Position numbers and translations under genes: made by a program. Shown here piece by piece: positions 46,350 to 58,330 of a stretch of 64,000 nt of DNA (the first letter of the stretch is position 1; every line of letters begins with the position of its first letter). Source of the stretch: Amphiscolops sp. MND2022 (lineage: Eukaryota); NCBI GenBank assembly GCA_964187785.1, contig OZ076409.1:53260001-53324000 (forward strand), written 5' to 3'. Under the pieces are notes generated by a model that did not search any database, had not been told where the DNA came from, and saw nothing but the letters and a program-made list of their open reading frames with translations.

Positions 46350-49300
46350 ACTATATCCGTTGTCTCTTACATCAGTAGTACAATGGACCGGTCCAAGGGA
46401 CCGAAATATGCGCGACAATTAAGCGTTGTCTCATTCGCGTATCCCATTGTAGCGGCTTCCACTATAGTTTTTTCGCCGAATCTCGTCCTTTCTGTCGGGG
46501 CATTTCAATTAAAATCTGAAAAAAAATATAAAATTACCAATAACAGAAGACATAAGGTTGATATCATAAAACTGTAGTAGAAAGAAAACAAAATTAACAT
46601 TTTTTCAGTCTGTTTGAAATTTTTTTATCCCTTGTTCAAAACATCTGTTTAAAACAATGCCAACATTGCCAAAAGCTCCGGCTAAAAACAAGGTTACACG
46701 CGCAAAGAGCAAATTGTTTTTTCTCCCGAGCTTTCAATGAAATTTTCAAATTTCTCAAACTGTTTATACGATATTCATAAAATTTTGCACAATCATTCTA
46801 CACCCAAATGGGCCCCTGCGTGCGCAAAGGCATCAAAATCGAATGCCTGGGATGCGAGAAACATAACCAAAATTAACCTAAAAATGGCCAAAAAACAACC
46901 ATTTTTCGACTTTTTTCGATTCTCTCAAAAACTCTTCTTACGATTCGAACTAAATTTTGTAGTCTCTCTACACCATAATATGATCCTATGTGTTCAATTT
47001 CAATAAATTCGTATGACTGGGATTCGAGCGAGTCAGAAGGAAAAAGACCTAACCCGACTCTTTTACCGCATATGCGGCTCTGGCTTAGTTTATTGTATTG
47101 ACCAATTTATACTCATTTGATTCCAAAATTATTTGAAATCAAAATCTGAGGATTGTAATCTAGCGGTGATTTTGTTCGAAAATATTGTATTACGAGCTTG
47201 TTTTTATTATTTCTGCGATTGCAGGAATAATATTGAAATCCGAAAGATGCCACTTTCATTTTTCAGACGACTTTTTTGTGATCCGAGCACCTACTGAAAA
47301 ATTCAGATATTTGGTTCGGCAGCTCCGACGACAATTCATTTCTTCTGCGATGAAACGAGCTAGTGTTAATTACGGGTTGGTACGCCGAGTTCGTTGAGAT
47401 GAAGGTAGCGAGTGTTTGTACGCCGAGTTCATAACATGAAGCGAACGATTGATAATTTTTCGCACGCCGAGTTCACGATATGAAGCGAATGAGTTTTAAT
47501 TATTCGTTCGCCGAGAGCTTCGCCTGCATTCAAATGCTAATGCGAAACTTCGTTTACGCTTAGTAGTTAAATTTTGTCAGTCCGAGAAAAATTAAAGGCT
47601 ATGTAAACTGGTACAGTGGTTAATTTTGTGCTATATAATTTAACAGGAGTGTTTAGTTAATCCAGATTCTATTGATTCATCCTTTTTTTGAACATGAAAG
47701 CCTAAAAACAGAAACAATTTTGTGCCCCACAGGGACCTATTTTTGATTGTTGAATTTCAAAACTGTGCATTGATGCATGTAATTTCGAGAAGCCTTTTTG
47801 TAGAACTCAGTATGTTAGGATCTTTAAAATTAGGATCTAAAACTAAAAAGTGATATAAAGTATAAAACGTGCCTCGGATATGTCCCCATTTCCTCTAGTT
47901 CCCCGCGGCCCCTTGGGGCCGCTTATTTTCCCATCTTGCTAAGCGAGGTCAAACAGGAGCAAAGACCTAGCGGGAACGGAGATCGCGAAGCGATCGTAGT
48001 GGGAGCTGGTCTTTGCGACGGTGAGGGCGAGCGTGCATACATCGCATATGCCCTACATTATATTTTCGCTTTCAAAACACATATTACATCATAAAGGGGT
48101 TAGACCTAAGTGTTTTAGATGAAATTAGATCTGAAAGTTAGACCTAACAGTTAGATCTAATTTCATTAGACCCAAGCAATTAGTTCAAAGGCGTACACTC
48201 CTTTACAGCCACCCTAAAAGAACGTATGCCTCTATTTATCGTAACAAAAATTGGCTTTCTCATTTAATACCGCACTGGGCACAATACATCTGGACTTGAC
48301 AACATCGGAAGAGGCTTACTCTGTTTTACGCGCATTGAAAAATGAAATGTTTGGAAGTGATTCGTCCGCCCTGGAAGCTAGTAATAAAAGCAAAACAGCG
48401 CCGTCAAAGCAAGCATTCCATTGAAAATACCCAACTGAGTTCTAGCAACAGCTCTAACGAATAACGAAAGCATTTCCAGTCGTCAAAGTCAGACGATGTG
48501 TCAGAAGTGGTGCTAAATCACTGCAAATTGTCATATTGACGTTCTGCACAAACGTTCAGTTTGACAAGGCAAAAACCGACGGGGTTTTATTGAACATTTG
48601 CCATAACAGCGGCGCGAATTGATACAGCAAGGAATACGAATCTTCTGCTGCTATCGATGTCAGAACTTCGGATACATCAATTCCAATTGAAGTTTGAAAG
48701 TTACATGTAAATATGGCTTCAGCGAGCACTATTTCAACAACTGCACTGGTAACCAACGAGCTCGGTGCGCCAATAGCGGTGGTAACCAGGAGGCGGATTT
48801 ATTCGTCTGCCCAGCTTATAACAAACAGGTACAATTAGTTCATGAGGTGGGTGGTTTGCAAAAACTTTGAGAAATCTTTCATCCAAAAATGAGGGTTAAC
48901 CCTTGCTTCACCTTCGTGCATATCAAAATATGCGGCCTGAGTGATCATTGTAAAATAGTAATGAGGCAAAACCAACAACAAAGTAAAGCTGACACTGTTT
49001 TTTCTGAGAGGAGACAAAACACAACTGGGAGCAAATTTGTTTGACAACTTCACAACAATCAGCTGTATGAGTATAAAATCTTAAGCGTCGCAATGTTGTT
49101 GAAAATCACATCCGTCACTCAAGACTGAATCTACTCGAGGACACCTCTGTAGACAAAATTGTTTTGAATGTTAGGCTTGACGCAATGAAGTTAGTTGTAC
49201 CTACTTTAACCTTCGAAGTAGATAACATCAATTGACTGAAAATTAAGAATGTGATAAAGAGATACAGAGTTGCACAGCTGTTTGTTTAGCGACAGAATCG

Positions 49301-49929
49301 AAGCAAAAATTAACTATGGTTGTCTGGCTACCGGAGCCATCCGAAAGCGATTATTCAGCTGATAGATCATCATAGTAGATGCTGTCAAAGCAGAATTTCA
49401 CATAGGAAACACAAGGACAACTGTCTTGTCCGATGTGAAACAGTTGCAACCGTCAGTATCTCTAGAATTCAAGCTCCTATCAAAAATCTGGAATCACCAA
49501 TATCGTGGAAAAAGGTGCGACCAAAAAAAGTAAGGAAAAAAACCAAATCAGACAAAAAGAAAGAGGCTTTGAAAACTAAAAGTGATTCAGTAGGTTAGTG
49601 ATCTCTTTGCATACTTGGCTTTTGTAAAACCTTCGGTGGTTGAGAGACGTAGGAATTTGGCACTGATGTACCACAATGGGTCTCAAAAACAGAAATAACT
49701 TAAATGTAAAAACATTGTTGAGAAAACAGTAAGGAACTCAAAACGTTGTAACGGACGTCAGTCGTGGTGGCATGGAACTGGCGGGGGCCTCGATGTGAGG
49801 GACCTACCAATATTTTAAAACATGCCTTTGTTCCTTGTTATAGCTCAAAATGCGTGACTGACATCAGAACTGGAACACGGCAACTCCGTCATCCTCGCAA
49901 CATTTTGCTGATGAAGACAAATCGAACGT

Positions 49930-52560
49930 TCACACATAATATCGTAATCAAAAGAACGCTTGCTTCTATTTATCCAAACAAAAGGTTAGTTTATTCATTC
50001 AATACCGCCAGGGCAGAATACACCTGGACTTGGCAACATCGGAAGAGGCTGACTCTGTATTACGAGGATAGAAAACTGAGATGTTTGGAAGGGATTCGTC
50101 CGCTCTGGAAGCTAGTGATAAAAACACAACAGCGCCGTCGATGCAAGCGTTCCATTCAAAATACCCAACCGAGATCTAGCAACAGCTCTAACGAAAACAT
50201 TCCCAGTCGTCAATGTCAGACAATTTGTCAGAAGTGGTGATGAACTTATGCAAATTCTCATAGTGACGTTTTCCACAAACGTTCAGTTTGACCAGTCAAC
50301 AACCGATGGGGTTTTATCGAAAATTTGCAATATCAACGGGGCGAATTGATACGGCAAAGAAAACGAAGTCTCTGCTGCTATCGATGTCAGAGTTTCGAAT
50401 TTATCAGTTCCAATTGAAGTTTGAAAGTTACATGTAAATATGGCTTCAGCGAGCACTATTTCAACAACTGCACTGGTAACCAACGAGCTCGGTGCGCCAA
50501 TAGTGGTGGTAACCAGGAGGCGGATTTATTCGGCTGCCCAGCGTATAACAAACAGGTACAATTACTTCATGAGGTGCGTTGTTTGCAAGAACTTTGAGAA
50601 ATCCTTCATCCAAAATTGAGGGCTAACCCATGCTTCACCTTCGTGCATATCAAAATATGCGGCCTGAGTGATCATTGTAAAATAGTAATAAACCAACACC
50701 AACAACAAAGAAACGCTGATATTGTGTTTTTCTGAGAGGAACCAAAACACAAATGGGCACTAATCTGTTTAACAGAACTTCAGATTAGTCAACTTTATGA
50801 GTAGAAAGTCTGAAACGTTGCAATGTTGTTAAGAATTACATCCGTTACTCAAGATTGAATCAACTCGAGGACATCCGTGTTGGCAAAATTGATTGAATGT
50901 TAGGCTTGACGGATTGACATAACGACTTCAAACTTCCAAGTCTAGATCAAAGACATCAAAGGCCTGGAAACTATGAATGTGATACCGAGATACAGAATTG
51001 CAGAGCATAAGTTGACAAAGAAGACCTGAATAGAGTTCTCTTCGCTGGTGAAATCAATGCAGGGCTTGTGTAGTTTAGGTGAAAAATCTTGCATTTTATT
51101 AGGTGAAGAACTAGTTCAATTAACTGTCCACTTAAACATCCTCCACGAAGGTGAGTCTACGTTTCTGGCAGCAAATGGTTTCAGTGTTGTTGATCTTTGA
51201 TTCTGTTATGTGCTGCTCTGTTCGTTAGATATATACACACTGTGTAGAAGGATGAGTCTGCAGAACTATTCTTCGTTGCTCCATCGAAGGGTCATGTACC
51301 AACACTGGATTGAGAAAAATCAGAACTTATGGATAGAAAAAAATAATAGGGCAAATTGGACTTCTTTTATTGAGGGCCGAATGGATAACTTCATTGTTAT
51401 TTACGGGATCCTTTAACATTTTGGAACGAAATCCAGAAGCTGCTTCTGGAAGCTTCCGAGGTACACCTCTCCCTCAGACTTGTTTCAAGCAATAAGAATC
51501 CACTTTGGGAAGTAGACTTCAATAGAAAAATATTCAAGTTCAAACCAAAGTTTGAGAACGTCCAAAAGCTAATGGCAGCGAACGAACGATGATCCTTAAA
51601 TCTATTCTACAAAATCGTTTCTGAGTGGAAGGAAATTTATCTGTCATCGCTTGGGCAAATAAAGGGAGTCTAATAATCCTCTTAAATGTCTTTCGCAGCA
51701 ATCAGGCACATAAACTCAAGTTCGCGGACCATCGTTCCGTCCTTGTCACTAAGATTCATCAGTTTTATCTGCCAACTTTCGAAAAACTTGTTGCGATATC
51801 GAGAGGTGGTGTCCTGGTTGAAAAAGATTCGTTAAAGGGAGAAAAACTGTAGTAGTTCTGTTCGAATTCAACGAAACTGACTTAGATCTCCCTTTCCTAA
51901 ATGGTGATGTTTGCCAAACCTCAAAGTCTGGAGAAATTATCGATAAAATTCCCAACCACCTGGGTCTTTACAAAAACAATCGCGAAAGCAAGACATGATT
52001 GGAATGTAATCCGATCGTTATGCTTTTGAAAATGGTGCCTTGCAGTTTCAACACTAGTTCTCTTTGTACAAAACCAACACTTTACCCTCGTGTTTTCATG
52101 CAGCACCATAACCGTTCGAAAAAAACTTTCAAATAAGTCACATCAGAACAAAATAACTTCATAAGGATTGTTTTTAGACACGGATTTTCGCGGGACGTTG
52201 TCTCTTGTCTGGTTACTTTTGGGCACGCCGCCACTTGATCTTCTGAGTACTGCCTCCAATGTCAAATTTCTTTTGAAACTCAAACTAGAAAACCGTTAAC
52301 TTCCTTGTACTCATAATTCATCGTCCTCAATTCAGGACAGTGTTGCTATTTTCTTCTAGAGACACGTTACGCGATTGTAAATGTTCCAAATCAACAACAA
52401 TTGTACCAGATTCAGAGAACAAGATACTGTCGAAGATTTTTTTCTGACATGCAGTCTATTCAGCGACATCAAACCTGAAACACTGATTCATTGGATCTTG
52501 CACACTACAAAACTGCAACACTCTTGTTGACTGAATCTCGCAGTCAATGAAAGTAAACGA
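49930..52560 (+). mobile_element. Heavily decayed LINE related to 28013-32762
   Basis: Remnants RLVYSFNTAR..IHLDLATSEEADSV (cf. KLIVAFNTARGNIHIEFLNSQEADEV), ILHEGESTFLAANGFSVVDL (cf. ILNDGQPTFLSINGQSVIDL), APSKGHVP and KFADH. Related ORF1 remnants at ~43570-44000 and ~48210-48650. Confidence 0.75.
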
Positions 52561-52644
52561 AAACGAATGATAACTCTTATCCTGAAAACCTAACATGACA
52601 AAATCCAAATGTCAATTTTTTTGACAATATAAACGGAATATACT

Positions 52645-52844
52645 NNNNNNNNNNNNNNNNNNNNNNNNNNNNNNNNNNNNNNNNNNNNNNNNNNNNNNNN
52701 NNNNNNNNNNNNNNNNNNNNNNNNNNNNNNNNNNNNNNNNNNNNNNNNNNNNNNNNNNNNNNNNNNNNNNNNNNNNNNNNNNNNNNNNNNNNNNNNNNNN
52801 NNNNNNNNNNNNNNNNNNNNNNNNNNNNNNNNNNNNNNNNNNNN
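52645..52844. other. Assembly gap (200 N)
   Basis: Run of N. Confidence 1.
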
Positions 52845-53922
52845 AAATAACTAGCAGGAACGGAGATCTCGAAGTAATCAGAATTGATTGTTCAATTGAT
52901 TGTGTTGAGTTTCTCTATTTCTATTTTCTTCAGCTTCAGTGGATGTTGTGGAGGAGGTTTGCGATCAGGAAAAGTTCCTAATTCCGACTACTTTCTATTA
53001 AACCTGATAAACACTCCCGACAAGATTATGATCAAACAGAAATTCACGAAACCATTGCAGCTGCCATGGTTTTTTGAATTTCTGTTTGATACTATTCTTA
53101 GCAGGAGTGTTCATCAAGTTTAAAAAACGTAATAATAATTTTTCCTTGTCACAAATCTCCTGATAAACGTAAAATTTAAATCTATGGGGCCGAGACCTAA
53201 CTATTTTTCATTTGTCTAAAACGTCTTCGAAAAATTTGAAAAGGCTTGATTTCAAACTGAAATCATTTAATGGAATTTCCTTCACGATTTTTTTTCACGG
53301 CATTTCTTTCACGTGGATTCAAGGAATCTGGAACCACTAAAGAGTTCACAATTAAGGAAGCAATCCAAAAACTGAATCTTAAAAGAGCAGAATTGTTACG
53401 TGATTGAAGCGGAAGTCACAAATTTAGTTCACGCATTCAATTATAAATCACATCAGGTAGAACTTGAAACGCGTTATTGTGTCAATTGTTACATCATTAT
53501 TTCATAGCGTAATTGCCGGCATCATCAGATAATTAATTTTCAATGTTCTCTTTCAATTTATTTCAGCAAAATTTTATCTTGTATTTATTCAATTTATATT
53601 TCTAACCGGAATGTAATAATTACCTGAATGACCTTAAATGTGACAGTGAGAGTCTCCAATTCACATTTTTTGAGATTAATTCTTAGGAGTCGGATAAAAG
53701 TTATGACTACTTGTGCAATTGTGTTGTTTTTTTGTTTTTTTTTCTCCCGACCTTTTATGAAAATTTCAAATTTCTCAAAAACTGTCCGTACGAATTTCAT
53801 GAAATTTTGCACAGCCATTCTACACCCAAAGGGGCCCCTACATGCGCAAAGGCATCAAAATAGTATTACTAGAATGTGAAAAACATAGCCAAAACTAGCC
53901 CAAAAATGGCAAAAAAACTGCC

Positions 53923-54060
53923 TGTTAGAAAAGATGTTTATCAAGGCGGGATATCTTCAATCATTTCTGATCAGTATTATGTAATAAAGTGAATCATACA
54001 TTTAGAAGACAAGGTTTTTTCAGTTAGTTCAAAGAGTAGTTTGATGAGTCATTTAAGACA
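53923..54060 (-). repeat. 3' LTR of BEL element A
   Basis: Direct repeat of 63107-63244. Confidence 0.92.
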
Positions 54061-54143
54061 GGCTCCATCCCCCCCAAGCTGCAAGAAGGAGAGAGGGGCA
54101 AGGCAACTATGTGGTGAAGAAAAATGATTTAGAGAGCGAACCG

Positions 54144-55346
54144 TTACGGAGCGAAAACCCGGGTGAGCGAGACGGCCGGGCGTTCGAAAGTTCCGTATGA
54201 TGTTTTAACAGTGCACACACGGGTAACACCATCTTTCACAAGGTGGGTGGCTGTTACCTTTCCCAGTGGCCAAATGCCTCGAGGAGTGAAGTCTTGCAGC
54301 AACCAGACAAAATCGTTGACTTTGAGAGAGGGCGTTGCTTTGTTCCATTTCTGTCGACGATCCAAAGTTGGCAAGTACCCCTTCAAGAATCGTTTCCAAA
54401 AATGGTTAGAAACTTTTTGGAGTTTTTTCCAGGAATTGAAAGACAGCGGTTTACCTGTCTCTTCAAAAACAATGGGTAGTATGTTTTCGAATGGGCGGTG
54501 TAGAAGGAAGTGGTTTGGTGATAGAGGTTCTTCGGTTTCAGGTTGGTTGTTGACATGGGTGAATGGTCGCGAGTTCAACATCAGCTCGGTTTCGGCTAAT
54601 ATTGTCGTGAAAACTCGAGCGTCAGTTTTTGGGATCCAAGGATAATCAGAAATGTTGGTTTTGCGGTTTGGATCATCCTTTCCCAGGGTTCCAGCAAACT
54701 GAGGCGCAGAAAGAGGATTAAAATTGCAACGGGTTTCTTCAGCGTGAGGAATATTCTTCTGAAGAGCGGCGATCCCATCGTTCAGGCAGGCTTGCAGTTC
54801 ACGTTGCGCTCCGAAAAAGTTCTTACCGTTATCGGAACGCAGAAGACGCGGGTGTCCTTGTCTGGCAATGAAGCGGCGGAATGCATTCGGGAAGCTGTCA
54901 ATAGTCATGTTAGAGCAGGATTCGAGTTGGCAGGCGCGGCTAACGAGACAGTTGAAAAAGATGCCGTATTGCTTCTCAATCTTACGGCCGTTGACAATGA
55001 AGAAGGGCCCGGAAACGTCAACTCCAGTTTTTTTGAACGGGAACGGTGATTTCGGGCTAGGAAAGCGTAGTTGTGGTAACGAAGCCATTTCTGGTTGGAC
55101 GATTTCAGCACGGAAACGGCGGCAGATAAAACAGCGATAATTGATCGAGCGCAACGCGGCTCGGATGCCGAGAACTTTGAATCGATCTTGGACAGAAGCT
55201 TTAACGAAATCGGGTCCAGCTTGAGAGCAGATTTCATGAGCATGCTTCAGGTAGAGCTTTATTATGGGCTCCTTTGAGTCGAGCAGTAAAAGAATACGAA
55301 TTGCTTGAGCGAGCGGCGCGTACACGAGGCGGCCTTGAGAGCGCAA
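54144..55346 (-). pseudogene. BEL/Pao integrase region
   Basis: HAH...CFICRR zinc site, GVDVSGP, LRSDNGKNF, PLSPNHFL, PRGIWPLGKV...GVTR; internal frameshift scars. Confidence 0.9.
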
Positions 55347-58312
55347 GAGTGAATCTTAATCGATGAACGGTCGGAAAGGCATGACTTTGTCGCGCGAGGT
55401 CGGATTGAGGTTTCGACGCAAATGTTGAAATGTTGAAAGGTAGAGGCAAACGACAGGATTTGAGATTGTTTGATAAGCGCATGATTGGCTTTGCGAAAGT
55501 CTTCAGAGATCAGTTTTGAAGGTGAAGTCGGTGAACGAAGGCGACGAAAGAAACATAAAACGTTGGCGGCGACTTTTAGTAGGTTGCTCCAGGTGGAGAA
55601 ACGGCGAGTGTCGAAAAGGACTGACTTTTGAGCAGCAACGATAGCTGAACAGGTTGTTTGAGGTCGATTGGGCCAATTTATGGCCGATTCGTTGAGGAAG
55701 GATGGACCTTTGATCCATTTGGCAGAAATTTCGTCGAGTCTGAGACCACGGGTACCGTGATCTGCATGGGTGTTTTTGAGTTGACACAAATTTCTAGTCG
55801 AGCGGGTCAGATTGTAGAGTAATTTCGTTGTATCTGTGAGCGACAAATTTCTTTGAGTTTGTTCTGTCGCTGTATCCAGTCCAAAACGACACAACTTTTG
55901 GTCCAGAACTTCAAAACTTGGAAGGTGCAAGAAAAAACGTTACGGACGATTCGGAGCGGACGGACTCCAAGGACGGCGGCTTCTAGTTCCAGTTTTGGAA
56001 TGCTTTTTGTTTAATCGGGGCGACACGGCTCTTTCCGATAACGAAGTTTTGTTGAGCTGAGGTTTGCGAAAACGTTGGTTGACGAGCATAGATGACAGGG
56101 GCGAAAGCGGAATCGGATGCGTCTGTGAAGTCGTGGAGTTCCACGATTGTGGCTGAACGGGAAGCACGGCGAGGTACGGAGACGGTCGGCATTGCGCGGT
56201 TGCAATCAGTGAGTTTATTCACGGAGGTTTGGATGTGATCGGGAATGGCCTGGTCCCAAGTTTGACCGAGTTTCTAGAGAGATTGAACGATAATCTTGAA
56301 TTGGATCACTAACGGAGATAGTAAACGAATCGGGTCAAATGTTGATGAAACGTTGTCTGAGGTAGGACACCAACAGCGTGTTCACGGAACCGGAAGATGA
56401 GTTCAAGCGCGGAGACCGGCAGATCGGTTGGAGGGTCCTCGGATCCATTCTAAAGCGTGTGGAAACTGTACGCACGATGTTCCAAGGAGAACGCCGATGC
56501 ATCCTTTGTCAATGTTTGTATATTTGATGTGGCGGAGCAATGAGTTCGATTGGCAGATGCCATTCAAGTCGGAGACATTTGCCGGAGGAATGTTGAAGCA
56601 AGTGGTTGTATAGGCTTTTTGACTTCGAAGTGAGTTTCATCGTCAGCGCAGGGGGCTGTGGGGCAGACGCAAGAGGAACGAGACAAGTTCAGGAACTGAA
56701 CATCTAAATCAAATTCGTGTCCTGTTTCCAAATCCAGAGAGTGGCTGATGCTATCGAGGACGAATCTTCTTTAGCATCCAGGGTCGATCAAGGTAGAAGT
56801 GTCAAAACCTTTGTCTCTATTGAGCAAAGAAAAAGGAACGACTTGAAGCAGGGCAAAAAGCGTTTTCTGAAACTGTTTATTCTCTGGGTCAACAGTTGCA
56901 GTAGCATTGAACTTTGAGGGCTTGAACTGATGTTGGCGTGTGGTGTTGGGAGAACCATTTTGGTGAATTGCTTAAGCAGCATTTGTGGCGTTCGATCGGA
57001 TTTCAGTAGTTTGCGTGAATGGCGGATTAGGTTGTGGTTTGTCTAGATAAGTCTTTTTCATTTTGGAGCGTCTGGTTTAGGAATCAGAGGTGTGGAGGGA
57101 CGTGTGGTGCAGAGCACCGCAGTTGGGTTTGCAACAGTGGTTGGACGAGGGGCAGTCTTCTTTCAAATGGCTCTGACCGAGGCAATTGAAACAGAGATGC
57201 AAACGTTGAACATGCTTTATTCGATCTTGGATGGAGGAATCGAGATATTGCGGACAGCCGGTGATCGAATGATGTTGGTGACAGAGCGAATATTCATTTT
57301 GTTTCTTCTGGGTATTTTGCTAGGGAGACGATGATCCCGGGAGGGGGACAGATGGTTTGTTTGGTCGAGGGATTTTCCCTTCAACAGTTTCAAGAACTCT
57401 GGCTTGAATCTTCAGGCAAATCAAGCAAAGTCGGTGAGAGAATGCTGTTCTTGACGGTGTGTCCTGTCCATTTGAGAAGGAGTTTATGCGGAAGTTTCTC
57501 TTTAGCAATAGTGAGTACTGTTGACGATTGAATTTCCGCGGTGAGCCGGAGATTAAAGAATGTTTGGACGAGTTGTTTCAGGAATGTGAAGAAGGAAACA
57601 AGTGTATGGGGGTTCTGGGATGAGATGAGGGCCCAGTTTTCAAGGCGGTGTATGTATGCAGTGACGATGTGTTGTGGAGATCCAAAGCGAGATTCTAGTT
57701 CAGCCAAAGCAACATTGTAAAATGCAGCAATACAAGAATAACCTCGAATAAAGTCTTCAGCTTTGCCACTGACTAAGTTCTGAAGACATCACAATGAAAT
57801 CACCATGATCGTGCGGTAATTGTTAGTCCATTTAGCACAGTCGATCAGTCTTTGCTTTCGAACTGGTCTGCGCGAATTCGAACCTGCGAAACTGCTATTT
57901 TGGTTATCAGTATTTATTCATTCTTTGACCTTCAATATTGATCATTTACTTTACTTGACACTAATAATGTTGCTCATTTTCTTGTATATTGTTTACCATT
58001 CATTGCTCACTTTTGTCAACATTTTTATTAAATACGTGTAAACAACCAGTTGAGACCTTTATGTTGTCCCTTTGGCTTTAAATGCCTAAATTGTCGGTTA
58101 ACAACCAACTGATAACCAGTCCCCCTTTTCTCTTTTCTTGTTTCATTCTCTATCACTCACATCGTCAATAAACGTTATCAAATACAGACCTCTTGCCTTG
58201 AGACCAGACCCAAATCTAATGGCTTGAACTCTATCTTTGAGTTCCTTCAATCTGCTAGTTCGAACTCTTTCTTGCGTTCCCCCGTTGTAGCTTGAGAGCC
58301 ACCCCGAAATAT

Positions 58313-58330
58313 TGGTGACTTCGACGTGAT
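58313..58330 (+). promoter_or_regulatory. Primer-binding site, tRNA-Trp type
   Basis: TGGTGACTTCGACGTGAT differs by two C>T from TGGTGACCCCGACGTGAT, the complement of the metazoan tRNA-Trp 3' end (recalled, not searched). It lies right after the LTR. Confidence 0.85.

Larger units (their letters stand above)
40551..49754 (+). repeat. Tandem duplication, two ~4.6-kb units (40551-45165, 45166-49754)
   Basis: Junction '...gttgtaacg|gaattgtatgaatt' at 45166. Paired ORFs 41028/45653, 41210/45835, 43909/48556, 44672/49320. Confidence 0.95.

Noticed and set aside
49905..49932. Hammerhead ribozyme core (ctgatga...gaa)
   Set aside because: Followed by GAAC rather than GAAA, with no convincing stems I/III. 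Other CTGATGA hits checked (4498, 11680, 61811 minus) also lacked stems.
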